64,000 bases of DNA from NCBI GenBank assembly GCA_030248215.1, contig JASANG010004131.1:434001-498000 (forward strand), written 5' to 3'. Shown here in pieces: positions 42,778-57,519 of this stretch. The notes beneath the pieces are model-generated. The model did not search any database. It was not told the DNA's origin and was given only the letters and a program-made list of their open reading frames with translations. The stretch's first letter is position 1, and each line of letters opens with the position of its first letter. This DNA is from Enoplolaimus lenunculus. Its lineage: Eukaryota. The position numbers and the translations under genes were made by a program.

Positions 42778-45037
42778 ATCGGTTTCATAGTACGTACTCA
42801 AAGTAGCAGCGGCGGTGCTCATCGAAGTTCATGGAGTCTATGAGTAAGCCAACTGGTTATCTTATGATAAAATCGGTTTCATAGTACGTACTGAGAGTAG
42901 CGGCAGCGGTACTCGTCGAAGTTCATGGAGTCTATGAGTAAGCCAACTGGTTATCTTATGATAAAATCGGTTTCATAGTACGTACTGAGAGTAGCGGCAG
43001 CGGTACTCGTCGAAGTTCATGGAGTCTATGAGTAAGCCAACTGGTTATCTTATGATAAAATCGGTTTCATAGTACGTACTGAGAGTAGCGGCAGCGGTAC
43101 TCATCGAAGTTCATGGAGTCTATGAGTAAGCCAACTGGTTATCTTATGATAAAATCGGTTTCATAGTACGTACTGAGAGTAGCGGCAGCGGTACTCATCG
43201 AAGTTCATGGAGTCTATGAGTAAGCCAACTGGTTATCTTATGATAAAATCGGTTTCATAGTACGTACTGAGAGTAGCGGCAGCGGTACTCATCGAAGTTC
43301 ATGGAGTCTATGAGTAAGCCAACTGGTTATCTTATGATAAAATCGGTTTCATAGTACGTACTGAGAGTAGCGGCAGCGGTACTCATCGAAGTTCATGGAG
43401 TCTATGAGTAAGCCAACTGGTTATCTTATGATAAAATCGGTTTCATAGTACGTACTAAAGAGAGTAGCGGCAGCGGTACTCATCGAAGTTCATGGAGTCT
43501 ATGAGTAAGCCAACTGGTTATCTTATGATAAAATCGGTTTCATAGTACGTACTGAGAGTAGCGGCAGCGGTACTCATCGAAGTTCATGGAGTCTATGAGT
43601 AAGCCAACTGGTTATCTTATGATAAAATCGGTTTCATAGTACGTACTGAGAGTAGCGGCAGCGGTACTCATCGAAGTTCATGGAGTCTATGAGTAAGCCA
43701 ACTGGTTATCTTATGATAAAATCGGTTTCATAGTACGTACTGAGAGTAGCGGCAGCGGTACTCATCGAAGTTCATGGAGTCTATGAGTAAGCCAACTGGT
43801 TATCTTATGATAAAATCGGTTTCATAGTACGTACTGAGAGTAGCGGCAGCGGTACTCATCGAAGTTCATGGAGTCTATGAGTAAGCCAACTGGTTATCTT
43901 ATGATAAAATCGGTTTCATAGTACGTACTGAGAGTAGCGGCAGCGGTACTCATGAATCATGGAGTCTATGAGTAAGCCAACTGGTTATCTTATAAAATCG
44001 GTTTCATAGTACGTACTGAGAGTAGCGGCAGGAAATACTAGAATATGGAGTCTATGAGTAAGCCAACTGGTTATCTTATGATAAAATCGGTTTCATAGTA
44101 CGTACTGAGAGTAGCGGAAAAAAAAAACAGCGGTACTCATCGAAGTTCATGGAGTCTATGAGTAAGCCAACTGGTTATCTTATGATAAAATCGGTTTCAT
44201 AGTACGTACTGAGAGTAGCGGCAGCGGTACTCATCGAAGTTCATGGAGTCTATGAGTAAGCCAACTGGTTATCTTATGATAAAATCGGTTTCATAGTACG
44301 TACTGAGAGTAGCGGCAGCGGTACTCATCGAAGTTCATGGAGTCTATGAGTAAGCCAACTGGTTATCTTATGATAAAATCGGTTTCATAGTACGTACTGA
44401 GAGTAGCGGCAGCGGTACTCATCGAAGTTCATGGAGTCTATGAGTAAGCCAACTGGTTATCTTATGATAAAATCGGTTTCATAGTACGTACTGAGAGTAG
44501 CGGCAGCGGTACTCATCGAAGTTCATGGAGTCTATGAGTAAGCCAACTGGTTATCTTATGATAAAATCGGTTTCATAGTACGTACTGAGAGTAGCGGCAG
44601 CGGTACTCGTCGAAGTTCATGGAGTCTATGAGTAAGCCAACTGGTTATCTTATGATAAAATCGGTTTCATAGTACGTACTGAGAGTAGCGGCAGCGGTAC
44701 TCGTCGAAGTTCATGGAGTCTATGAGTAAGCCAACTGGTTATCTTATGATAAAATCGGTTTCATAGTACGTACTGAGAGTAGCGGCAGCGGTACTCGTCG
44801 AAGTTCATGGAGTCTATGAGTAAGCCAACTGGTTATCTTATGATAAAATCGGTTTCATAGTACGTACTGAGAGTAGCGGCAGCGGTACTCATCGAAGTTC
44901 ATGGAGTCTATGAGTAAGCCAACTGGTTATCTTATGATAAAATCGGTTTCATAGTACGTACTGAGAGTAGCGGCAGCGGTACTCATCGAAGTTCATGGAG
45001 TCTATGAGTAAGCCAACTGGTTATCTTATGATAAAAT
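42778..45037. repeat. 94-bp tandem satellite, 24 near-identical units
   Basis: Unit starts at 42778, 42872, 42966 ... 44942; no spacers. Confidence 0.97.
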
Positions 45038-48000
45038 GGCATAGGTTTCTGAAACCTTACCTAAGTATACCTTTATCCTTAAGTATTCGCTAAGCAATTA
45101 TGCAACCAATTTTTATGTTTCTATAAACGTACTGAAGTTAAGCAAATACTTAAGCAACTGAAAGTTTTTGGCTTGGTACAGCCTAATGCTTCCAGATTAT
45201 CGTCGATCTAATTAATTATGCAGACCCACAAGACACCTTTTTGATGATATAAAACAAAATTATACGTACGTTCTTGTCGCAATGGCACAAAACTGACAGG
45301 TTTTGTTTTATCCAAAAAAATTCAAGTATTTACTTATAAATCAGTGATTTAAGTAAATGCTTAAGCAAAAATTTAAGGAAATACATAAGTACGATTTCAG
45401 AAACTCAGCCAATGTTTGGCGGCTTTAACTTGTAACTCGTAATGGATACGTTCATCCGCATGACATTGACGTATAAAATGCTGATATTCAGCAGCGGCGA
45501 ATCCAGAAATTTCTGATATGAAGGCTTCGCAATCTATAATAGTCAAAAAAGCTTGCGAGTGTAGCGAGTGATCAGCCAAACGTAGTTTTCCTTTAATAGG
45601 AAATCTAAACCAAAGTTTTCAGTTTTGATCTCTATATTGGGTTGGCGTAGACCTGAGTAGCCGATCCGTTAGATCTGCCAGTGCTTACACAAGTGTAAAA
45701 TATTATCCAGACTGCGTAAGACCGTAAGTAGGTACCCGATTTTTGACCAATCCAGAACATTTAGTTGTTGAAACTTGTTATCATTAATAATAGTTTAGCC
45801 ACATAGCATAATGCCCCTGACAGGGTAAGGTCTTGCTTAATTTTAGTAATTTCAAAGCAAGATTTCATAAATTCTACATTTTATTCACTACAGAAAATTA
45901 CAAAATTATTTTTAAAAAAATTACGACATTTTTAATAAATTATCGACTTTATGCTTTGTGATTCCGCCCCAAACTTTCAAATAAATTCAAAACAATTTCC
46001 GCAGGAATCGAATCAGCCACACGGTTGGAAGACTACCAGGCTTATTTCACCTTGATAATGGTCACCTTGGCAAACAATGTCTCGTGGTTTTTCTTGTAAA
46101 CTTGACCCGAAGTTTTCGAAATTTTAACGATTTAGCGTAATTTAGGTTTAGGATCAGGCTTAAGTTTAGGCTTAGACTTCAGTTTGCATATTTACGAGGA
46201 TACTGATTAGCGGTTTGTCGTATAACAACCGCAGTGTGTGACTATCAAAATCTAATCAGAATGAAGAAAAACTATAAAAGCCGTATGTTTTTCGTCAATG
46301 AACCCTGTAAATGAGCCGAGGCGTGTACAAGAGAAATAGAAGGAAATATATTCCATCCCGAAATTTGTGATAAGTCGAGAAAAAGGAACACTTTTAACAG
46401 CCTTTAGAATAAATTTCTGCTTTCTCAAGGTCAAATAAATTCCTTTACATTTTTTACGCTATACCTTTCGGAACTGAAACCCTGGCTACGCTCGTAATAA
46501 TGAGACTATTTAAAGACGTAAATCAATTGAAAAGTAAGAATTGTTTAATTAAAACTCAGGCACTAACTGCTTTATTTTTGGCAAAAATTAGTTTGAGGCA
46601 TACGTAAATATTCGTTCTGAAAAGCTAATCATCAGCTTGCTAAAGGCGATTGTATTTTTCTAATTGCATATGAAGCAACGAAAAGTTATTAATGACAATG
46701 AAATTAATATTGCAAATCTTTATCGTTTGTGCACCGTGGCTTGACTACCTCAACAAGTTGGAATATTTTACAAGGAGCATTGTGCGATTCAACATATTGC
46801 ACAAATTTATAACCGAGCAAAAGGCTTTCAAGGTCAAGGACAACATTTTTCCTGCGGAAGGACAACAAAGTTCTCCTGTGCCGGATACGGGAACCGGAGC
46901 CGGATAGTAAATTTTGTACCGGAACCGGGGCCGGACAGTAAATTTTGTACCAGAACCGCAGCCGAATGTTAACCGGATACAGGATATAAATTTGTGCCCT
47001 GTTGGAAGTATTTGAGTCGTGCAACAATATGGATTTATCGACAAGATTAATTTTTGGTTAAAATTTTGATTCCATGTCAGTGTCCACACTTGACTTGCCC
47101 GGAATTGCAGTCGACGCAAAATATCTAACATTTCAACATATAAAAAGCAGTTTTATGGTATTTGGAACCACTATCGCAAATATCCGGTAAGTTTATACCG
47201 GATACCGAAAACAGGTGTCGATTTTTTGCTGGGTGTTAAACAGGAACCGGATATCCGGTCGATTTTTACAACTGGCTACGTACCCGTCCAGCTTTCAGTG
47301 ATCTCACCATGTGAAACATCGCTGTGATGCCAAAACCATGATCCTGGCTTCAAATATTTAAGCCGAATTGCTAATGTGTTGGGCTGGGAGCACCGGGTAT
47401 GACGCAATCCTTATTTGCCAATACCAAACGAATGATTTTCATTTTGGAGCCCTTAAAACAAGCTATGGCTGATAGCTTAACCGTGATTTCAATTCTTTCG
47501 CAAAACTAGCCATTAACAAACGAAAAGATTTATTCAACCGCAATGTTTGTGATAAATCTATTATATATACTGGTCGCGTTTATACTGCTTATCTGCGGTA
47601 AGAAAACATGCCTCCTCAAAGCCTACTGATAATACCTTTGGTACAAGATAAGATTTATTTTCGCTACCGAACAGACCAATGGCTATACATATCGCCGACC
47701 AGCTCAGATGAATATCACAGCGCGGCAAAAGGTCTTTTTGCCTCAGAACAGACTTTGTATGCCGGTCATAGTGATACACCTATAGATTAGAACGAAATAT
47801 CGACACACTATAAGCTTGAGTTTTAGGCTGTAGATGGTCATCAGGGACGTATGCAAGGGAATATAGGATATATCCTCCGAAATTTCTGTAAAACGAGAAA
47901 AAGGCGCTAATATCAAAAAAGTCATAGCTTGCAGAGAGATGATACGTAGACCATTGGATTAGGTTAATACATCTACTCCCAAAATTTGCAGTGAAACGAC

Positions 48001-49747
48001 AAAAACCCCGTTTTAGAGGGTTAAAAAATTTTCTTAATTGCTACGCCGCTGGCAAAAACCTATTGCAAGAGATTGTACCGTTCCGAGATGAAATCCTGGC
48101 TGCGCCATAGATGCTTATGCAATCGACGTTCCTGTCATTCCTGTAACCAAATGAATTTTGCCTGATTGGCCAAAATTTGTGTAATTTTTTCTCTTGCACG
48201 CTTCGCTTCACATTTACACTTTGGCAATAGGTTTAGGACATGGCTTACTTGAGTCTAAGCACTCTCTAAAAGCTTAAACTAACTTGATTTAAGCTTAAGC
48301 TAATATAGCAGTATTAAAATAAGCTTCTAGATTCACTGAAGTAAAAGGTTGGTTTACTCTTAAACTAGTTTTTTAAAATCTTACGTATTTTTAGTTTAAG
48401 CTAAGCTTTAGTGAGCTCTCAGATACACATAATTTCCAAGCTGGATTTGCGACTTAAACCAAAAATAAGTTTAGTTAAACTTGTGTAAAACTAAAAACAT
48501 GTTAGTTCAATTATAACTTGAAATTCTAGTTTAGTTAGTCCGTCCAGCCATTTGAGTTTTACTTAAACTAATATTCCAGCTTAATTAAGCTATAATTTAA
48601 GTTTAAGTTTTTAGAGAGCATAAGCCTAAGCCTATTACGCGTTTGCTGGTTTGATTAAACTTTACTTAAAAAGACAAGCTCAAGTCTATTACTCCTAAAC
48701 CTAAGCACAAACTTGTGACGTGGGGGGAAGTATATGTAGAAGACCTGTTTTTCGCTTAATTTGAATAGTTTTTCATCATAAAAATATAATCAAAAAAGTC
48801 GCTATTATGATGATTTAAAATTTCTTAGTTTCTTCAAAATTTAGCCATTTTCAGTGCAAACATTCTACCTTCGAATATACATGTGACTTTGGCAACTTCC
48901 GTTACAAAATAAAGATTAAAAATACGACTCGTGTACACTTACTCATCGCCAGCACACGCCCAGATGTACGAAGGTTGAAGATGCTTATCTAAAACCCTAA
49001 GCTTGAGTCTAAGTGTAAGCCTAAGAATTGGTTTTCAATCGAATGGAAAGCGTTCAAGAACGCAGTATAAACATTTCGCAGTAAAATTTTAAAATAAGAT
49101 TTTCAAATAACCTTAACAGTTCGAAAAATTATAACCGCAAAAAGCCTGAATTGTTGTTGCCGAACGCGACGTCGAGCCAGTTTTATATAAAATAATACAC
49201 AAAGTGCGCGTCTTCAACCTAAAAGTTAACATACAAAATAACACGGCTGATTACAAGATATTTACTTCAGAACCTAAATTATCTACAACAAAACCGGATG
49301 CGCCACCGGTCCAATTTCATTAAAATCTCATGAAAAATTCATCGTACAACCGTACGCCATGGAACAGATCACACCTTGAATATTAAGGATATGAACCAAG
49401 ATAGTGAAACATGAATTTACATAATAACACATACTTTCATGCTTCGAAAACTTAAAGCGATATAACAGCGCAGTCTTAATAATTTATGGATGAGAATTGA
49501 GTGTGGCTCTTGTACATTTTTAGCCACATTTCCAATTTTAAAGTATACGCAGGTTTATGTAAGCCTTCTTTTCTTAAACCTAAACCTGAGCCTAAGCCTG
49601 TTACGATGAATGAGTTCAAGAGCTCAGAGGACTAACGCAAAATTGAACTTTTTTATTTACTGTGAAACGCTTAAATTAATATAGCAACTATCACCAGTTA
49701 GCGATAAGTTTTTCGATATGAAATTAGTCCGATTCTAAGCTTATAGT

Positions 49748-49919
49748 CAATGGCGGATCCATGGGGGGCCACCCCGGCCGTGCCCCCCCCAACAGCATAT
49801 CGACAAAAATTATATAGTAATTTTATGACAATAGTTCGTGGTTTGTGTGCGGGTCAAAAGTAAGTTTATTACTTGTTAAATTTTGGCCCCCCCATTTTGA
49901 GATCCTGGATCCGCCACTG
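49748..49919. mobile_element. hAT-like MITE (CAGTGGCGGATCC family)
   Basis: CAATGGCGGATCC ... GGATCCGCCACTG; perfect TSD CTTATAGT. Confidence 0.88.
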
Positions 49920-50555
49920 CTTATAGTACTAAAAGTTTAATGAATAACAATAAACTTGCAGAAACAACTTATTATAATGCACCGTTCACAACAAACGAAC
50001 GCCGGCGGAAAGCGGGTTAAAAATAAATAACAGTCCGTAACCAAATAACAGGGAGGCATCCTCTGGAGAAGCCAAATAAATATCAGTCCCCCTTCTTATT
50101 CGCGTCACTACAGTAGAGAGACAGCGTGCAAAGTGCTCTATGAGAAGCATATTGAGCAGAAATTTGTCACGTGTTAACCCTACTTTATGATATAATTTAT
50201 GGCAGATATGGAATTACGATTGGCGAACGGTGCTTTAAATATTTAGACACAGTAAAAAAAGCACACGTATTTGTTCAACGTATGACAATTCATCGCCCGA
50301 CAACTTGTCGTCCAACAGTATCATAAAGCGTGTGAATAAATCTAAGCGCAATCCTATACGCGTAACCTTAAGCGTAAACCTAAAGCTTAAGCATATCAAT
50401 GATAGGCGACTCAATGTCGAGCAGATAAAATTACGGATTACAAATTTTGAGTGACGAGCTGTCGAGAGACGAATTTTCGTTATATTTTATTTGTTAGAGA
50501 CAAAGCGATCAGGTTGAATGATCCTACACTATTGAATGTACTAAATTAATTATAT

Positions 50556-50856
50556 CAAGAGTGGATGATTTTCACAAGAGTGTGCAACTGGGTACATTCT
50601 GTACACAAAACAATGTACCCAGCGCACGTTGTATTTTTGACCAACCCCCCCCCCTTATTTGGGAGGGGGGAAACGTTGAACCAATATTTTGAATTTTAGC
50701 TAAAGTCGCTCCGAGTATATTTTAACTCCTATGTTTGGTGACTACCCCCCAAATCAGGTGGGGCGAGCAAAAATGCAACGCGTGCTGGTACACTTTGTGC
50801 CATGCACTAGCGCATCAGTTGCACACTCTTCTGCAAGTGGACATCATCCACTCTTG
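50556..50856. mobile_element. CAAGAG-ended non-autonomous element with 7-bp TSD
   Basis: CAAGAGTGGATGAT ... ATCATCCACTCTTG; TSD ATTATAT. Confidence 0.8.
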
Positions 50857-52321
50857 ATTATATCAACCAAAAGCGAAACGAATACGGTTCAATAACCAGA
50901 AGAGTAACATAATCCGCTACGTTTGTTTGGTTGTGTAAAAATTTCACGTATTGCCGTTTGCTTCGAGTAGATGCTTGTTTAAAATAATAGCAGTGATTCA
51001 ACAATTACTCTTAAAATTAGTAATTATTTAAAAATTGGCCGATGTACTGTCGGCAGGGCCACCCCCATACCCCCATTTAGGGGCACCCACCCCAAAAAGG
51101 GCCCCACCCTAACAAGTATTTTACCTTTCTGCAATTTTTTTAAATGGCTTTACACACTACACAGGCCTTAATACAATAGCCACAAGGCTGCTAAATGCCA
51201 ACAAATTTTTTCATTCGTTGGTTTACAATTTTACTTATGATAACATAACTCTCATGAAACAAAATAATAAAGAAGGGTACTAAGAGAAATTTTAAGTGAA
51301 GTGTACCGTATGCTGTCACCCAAGTTTGGAACATGAAGATTGTAAACGGTTTTACCTAAAATATGAACTGTTTTGCTACTTCAAAAGAAAATATCAAAAA
51401 ATTTCACGCTGCGCGCCAAATTTCCATCATTTCGAAGGTGTCCTTCGGCTATCAAATACAACCATGAGCTCGGACAACGTTCTTAGATCAAACATCGATA
51501 AATTCAGTATCCACATCTACGTTTGGGGCCCCACCATGAACTTTGGAGGCGCCACCCCTGTCTGCTCCGGCAATAACTGTCGGGAATATCAACGAGCGAA
51601 ATAGTGTGATACAAGCACTGATAATATAACACAAAACATTTTTTAAAGTTTGACCGTGTTTTTCCTAAATTAGGTGCAGTGGCAAAATTTCGCTAATTCA
51701 AAACCATTGATAAATCGGTAATACAAAATAAAAATGAAAAAATTATTTTTAAGACAGAAGTTAGGTTACCATTTAACTTTTGTACCATTACAGTTCAATT
51801 GGTACTTATTTGACTTGCCGTCTCGCTCAGCCCCTTTGGAAAAATTTTGGCTCCCCCTAGAAAATTTTCTACCTTGCTTGTAAGTCATTGAAAACCCTAG
51901 TATGCCGCACCTGAAAATTTTTTACCCCCTTGCAAGGTGAGCTGCCTACGGGCGTGCAGACAATAACTGGTTTGCTAAAACTAGCTACGGTTTAGGCTTA
52001 GGCTTAGGTAAATAATAAATAGTAGTGTGGCGCGGAAACATTTGCGTACTATCTTGTCAACACTGGTTCGGAAACGTAAAAAGTAACATAAAACATACCT
52101 TGTATATACCTTATCTATTATGTTATACCTTATCTATTAGGTTTGACAATTACCCTGGAAAATTTCTATTTTGGCACACGTTTAATAGTGAGTGCAATAA
52201 TCTACATATTTATATGCCTGAAAAGGCGGATCCAAGGACTAATAGGCTTGAAGATGCTGCTTGACATTAAAACAACATAAAAATTGTGTGTATTCTACAC
52301 GATTTCCACAATATATAAAAG

Positions 52322-52636
52322 CGAGAGTGCACTATTACAAGAGTGTGCAACTCTTGGGGTCCCACATGGTACAAAATGTACCACCGGGCGTTGTGTTTTT
52401 GACCGGCACCCGCTTGTTTAAAGGGGGGTCGCTATCACATAAATACCCCTAAATTAAACTATAAGGGGACCATATTTGACGCCGTATACATAAAGTGCCA
52501 TGGTTTGCACTGGTTGTACCCCCCTAAACAAAGGGAGGGGGTAGGGCAAACACGCATCGTGTGCCGGGTCCGTTGATTTCTACACAGAATGTACCCAGTC
52601 GCATACTCTTGTTGAAGCGTGCATCGTCTACTCTTG
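52322..52636. mobile_element. CAAGAG-ended element, copy
   Basis: TSD ATAAAAG; homologous to 14040-14351, 50556-50856 and 55820-56147. Confidence 0.8.
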
Positions 52637-54709
52637 ATAAAAGTAATTTTTACACTTCCTTTAAAAACTAAAAAGGTTCAAAATATAAAAAAACATCCTC
52701 TGCCATTGGAACATCATGTATCTGTCACCGGGCCCGTATCCCGAGGGGGCGGAGACTCAGTCCCCCATGGACGATTTTGGCCTCCCCCCTGGAAAAATTT
52801 TCAACCTTGTTTGTAAAACATCGAAAACGCTTGCAAGCATGTCCTAAAATATGTTCAGCCACCTAGCAAGGCGAGCTGGCAACGGCCCTGACCGCCACGG
52901 CAGATTGGAGTTTGATATTAGCTGATGATAAGCTAATTCTGGCAAAATTTTACTCATGCAACTTGATGAGTAGTACCATAAAAAAACTTGTTTCATATTG
53001 AAAACGACAGCATATATTCATATAAAAGTTTTTGGTTTCAGCCTAACCTTGACGCAACGCTTGGCACTACCTAACACCACGTAGTCGCCGCATAAAGTAG
53101 CGTAGACACACATACAATAGCATTTTAGCTTTTATTCACAAGCCTCAACGCCAGGCTAACAATCGATTATTATGTATTAAATTACAAAATTGAGATATTT
53201 TTTTTAAAAAAATTATTACTGTTTTTATGATATTTTCCTGGTACGTAAAGGTTTGATCAAGAATTACCTAATACGAGAGAATAATTCGCAGAAAATATAA
53301 CGGTCAATTTACCATAAAACAATTGTAAGGTACCTCAGTGTCCTGAACCTGAAATAACCCGATCAGCACAGTTTTAAGAATAGTTTTCTGGCGACTTATA
53401 TAGAAAAAAATTTTGGCTCTTAAGTATACACTTGTCACCATTCAACGTTTAGGCTTAGGTTTAAGCTTTTACGCTAAGGCTTAGATAAACGCTTTTTCCC
53501 AGCGACTCATACAAAAGAAATTTTAGCTCTTGTATCCACAGTTGCACCTCATTCAACTTGTAGGTTCAGACTTTAACTGAGGCAACGCTTAGATAAACGC
53601 GTAGGCAAAGGATTAGGCGGAAGCAAGGTTTTTCCTAAACCTGAAGTTTAACCTTTTAGGAGGAAGATACAAAAGCGAAAATTTTAATTTCAAGATAAAT
53701 AATATTTAAAACCGTTTTGAGTACATCTCAATAAAATGTATCAAAAGAATTTTTACAAGGCAAACTGTGTTGTCTATATCAGTGGTTTAAGTGTCATTTT
53801 TACACGAAAAACAGTAAGAATATGCACGAAAGTTTGCGTTTTATGGAGGCAAAAATTGTTAGTTTTGCGGTGCCTGATTACCAAAAGTTCTCAGAACGAA
53901 AAACGCGCATATAAACTGCAGAAACAATTTAAGTTTGCATATTTTAAAATGCAGTTCAATTGCAAACGTTTTGTACAGTTGTCGTGACAAGTTTTACCTT
54001 TGTGAAAATTTATAATTCAATTTCGTTTCAAAGGTTCAAATTGTGTTTAACGTTTTTTTAAAGTCGTAAAAAGTGGATTTTTTCACACGCGTGTGAAATT
54101 TATTTGGTCATATTTTTTGGGTTATGGCTATACGTTGTAAACGGTCCGAAATATTGTTCTTTGTATTGACTAGAATTTCGTAAGCATTGCGAAATTCCGC
54201 GCAGAAAAATAAACAAAAACAACTACCCGTAGTCAAGTGGGGCCAAAGGTGCTCAGCCCTTTACACCGTGTTGGAACAATTTTGACCTTCGCAAAAATAT
54301 TTTCTACCTTGCTTGTAACTCAACAAAAACCATTGTATGCCTCGGCAGATGAATTTTTAGCCCCTAGCAAGGTGAGCTGGTTGCAGGCCTGCTCAACAAC
54401 TAACTATAGCTGTCGAACAACTGGAGTGCAGCCAGCATAATTTCACTGCGACAAGCTATAGCCTCATATAATTATTTTTTGTGTTTCCGTATAAATTTTG
54501 AGGAAAGGAAATATCACAAAATCCGCTCATTGTACACCCCAGACTAATTTTTAATTTCATTGTTAAAATTTGTATTCTGAATGTATGCAAGGTCTCTCGC
54601 TTTGGTAATTTTCAATTTTTCGTTTTATACGGCCGAGGTACTCAAAGAAACCGCTGGCATCAAAAACCTAGCCAATTTAAAACCATATCGAACTGGACAG
54701 CGTTTAACT

Positions 54710-54871
54710 CACGCCAGTAGCGATTTCAATTTGCTAGGAGGGCTAAACGTTTATCAGGACGGGCATACAAGTGTTATTGATGACTTACAAGTAAAGTTGA
54801 AAATTTTCTAGAAGGCAAAAATTCTTCTAGGAGGGCTGGATGCCGCTGGTCCCACTTTGGCTATGGTCACG
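54710..54871. mobile_element. hAT-like MITE, same family as 40320
   Basis: Perfect TSD GTTTAACT. Confidence 0.75.
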
Positions 54872-55819
54872 GTTTAACTTTGTTCTGTACGACGCTAACT
54901 TTAAGCTGTAAAAGCTTCAAATTGTCACCTCTCACAGCTAATACAAAAACAGTGTCAAAGCTCAAAAACAAATTATTTCAAAAATGCATTGCATTTTATG
55001 TCTTTATTTAGTTTACCAGTGCTGAAAAACAAAAGGTCTATTTTAAGGAGATGCCTAAGCTTTGAAATCGTGGACATTAGGCTCATAACCAGTGGGGCCT
55101 AAGGGAACTCAACCCTCACAAAAAGTATTTGCCCCCCCAATGTTCCAAACGGCGTGTAAGTTATCGAGAACCGTTGTATGCCTTGAATAACCATTGTACA
55201 TCTCCTCTAAAAACGTTATAGCCCAGCCTCCATCAGTATGTGAGCTGGCTACGGGTTTGTTAGCACTTTGACTTAACTAAAGAAAACTGATTTCAGAAAC
55301 AATTAGGAATACAGATTGTGAACCCCGTGCCGTGCAAATGTAATTAATCTTTAAACGTGTCATGATATTACTGATGTTTCTACGAAGGCCCGTAGCCAGC
55401 TCACCTCGTTGAGGGAGGGGCTAAATATTTTTCATAAAGGGACTACAAGGGTTTTTATGCCTTATACAAGAAAAGTCAAAAATAGTGTAGAAAAGCTAAA
55501 ATCCTTCCAGGGCGGCTTATCCAACCCCGACTGGTTTTCCTGTGGCTACGGGGCCATTTGTTCTAAATACATTGCTAGTACTTTGAAATTTCTATAACCA
55601 GAACGGTATATTATGTAAACTCTGAAAATTTTAAAAAACAATCGAATTTGCGCAGAAGCAAACAATCTTGTTGCAGTATACTATTCCAGTGAAAATAAAA
55701 ATATTAAATACAAGCTAAATTTTCGACTAAATCAGTATTAGAATATTGAAAATAGGACCAACCACATAATAATTAAGATTTTGTTCTGAAATTACGTTTG
55801 ACTTTTCGCTCACTTCTCT

Positions 55820-56147
55820 CAAGTTTGCATAATACAAGAGTGTGCAAGTCTTGGAATTTCGCATGTTACAAAATCTACCACCGGGTGTTGCGTTTTTGGC
55901 CGACTCCCCTTTGTTTAGAGGGGGGTCGTTGTTACATGCAATAACCCTAAACTACTAAACTATAAGCGGATCATTTTTGTTGCCGGATACATAAAGTGTC
56001 ATGGTTCGCACAGATTGTACCCTCCTCTAAATAAAGGCGGAGTAGGTCAAAAACGCAACGCGTGCGGCGTAGATTCTTTTCTATTCTTTTCTACAAAGAA
56101 TGCACCCAGTTGCATACTCTTGTTGAAGTATGTATCATCCACTCTTG
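55820..56147. mobile_element. CAAGAG-ended element, copy
   Basis: Flanks CTTCTCT/CTTCGCT; interior homologous to 52322-52636. Confidence 0.75.
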
Positions 56148-57519
56148 CTTCGCTCGTTACTTTATCACTATTTTATATCGCGCCGTGACTCCGGGGTCCG
56201 AAATTTCTGGTTTCGCCACTGCATAAAAAATTCCGACTGCTTTTCAATCAAACTTATTACATCGTACAAACCCTTGAAATCTGAAGAGAAAACTATAAGT
56301 GCAGTACGGCAAGCGTTGTGTTCGTCGCCCGGTGCCAAGCAAATCCACTTTAGCTTAAACTAATTAGCGTACTATATTTAGCTTGTCTATCCGCCGTGTA
56401 CGCAAACACCATTGTGAACAATTTTAGCAAACAAAATTAGTGTAGAAGTAGTTTTACTTGAAATTTATGCGAAATCTAACATTTTTTCACATTGCAATTC
56501 TAAGCAACGTTGACGAAACACAAAACAAAGACAAAGTACACCTTTTTAAATAAGGATTTCTCAACCAATAACGGCTGCCGTGGCGAACGAAAAGCTTAAA
56601 ATTTTAATTTAGCGTTTTGAATTTGGGCATTAAAATGAAATTAATGGAAATGTTGAAAAAGGGTAACTGAGACGCTTACGATGTGTTGGTTTGTGAACAT
56701 TCAGAGACTAAAGACGGAACAAAATCAAATCTGCGGTTAGTTTCTCGATCGCTTCGTTTTGCACACTTCCTTGCCTAACGGCCCTCAACTTTAAGTCGGT
56801 TACTGGGCCAATGCCCGAAAGAATATAAATGCTGGATTGCAGAAAGCGATGAATATACGAAAAACTTCAAAATAACATTATCCGAGACAAATCATAAGCC
56901 TGAACTAAAATTTGAACGTATACGTATCAAACACGAGTATATATTTCTTTTAGGAAACACAGAACCCTGCTGGAAGCGATCTATTTCCCTCAAACGGCTT
57001 TCTCCTAAACCTATCTTGCATCAATATCGAGTAATATTTTCGCCATTCGCTGTTGCTGAAAAATTTAGGACACGATATGTTTCCCATATATACTTGACAG
57101 TACCCACAAAATAAATTGTCTTGAAATATCTAGACTCCTACTTTCTTAAATTTTCAAGACATCAATGTTTGGTATTTCATACATAAATAGCCTTAAACAG
57201 CTCAAAAATTTGTGTCTGTATTAGCACTTTCAACATGTAAACACATGTGTACTAATAATTAGTGTTAAATGCCCCTTAGAATTTTTAGGCAAACAGCCCA
57301 AAGCCATTGAAAAAATGTAATTTTTATGAAAACATGAAAAATTGAAAAACAAACCAATCTGAAATTGTGATAATTACCAGCTGTCAGCTAATTAAATTTG
57401 CTAATTAGATTAACAGCTATGTATCAAGTAGAATAAACAATGTTTAGGTTTCGAAGAAAAATAGTGTTTGGATTTTTAGACACATATTACCATATATTAA
57501 TCTGATAAGTAGTTTCAGT

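Noticed and set aside
42778..45037. Possible CRISPR array
   Set aside because: Units are contiguous and near-identical with no unique spacers; the context is eukaryotic and there are no cas genes.
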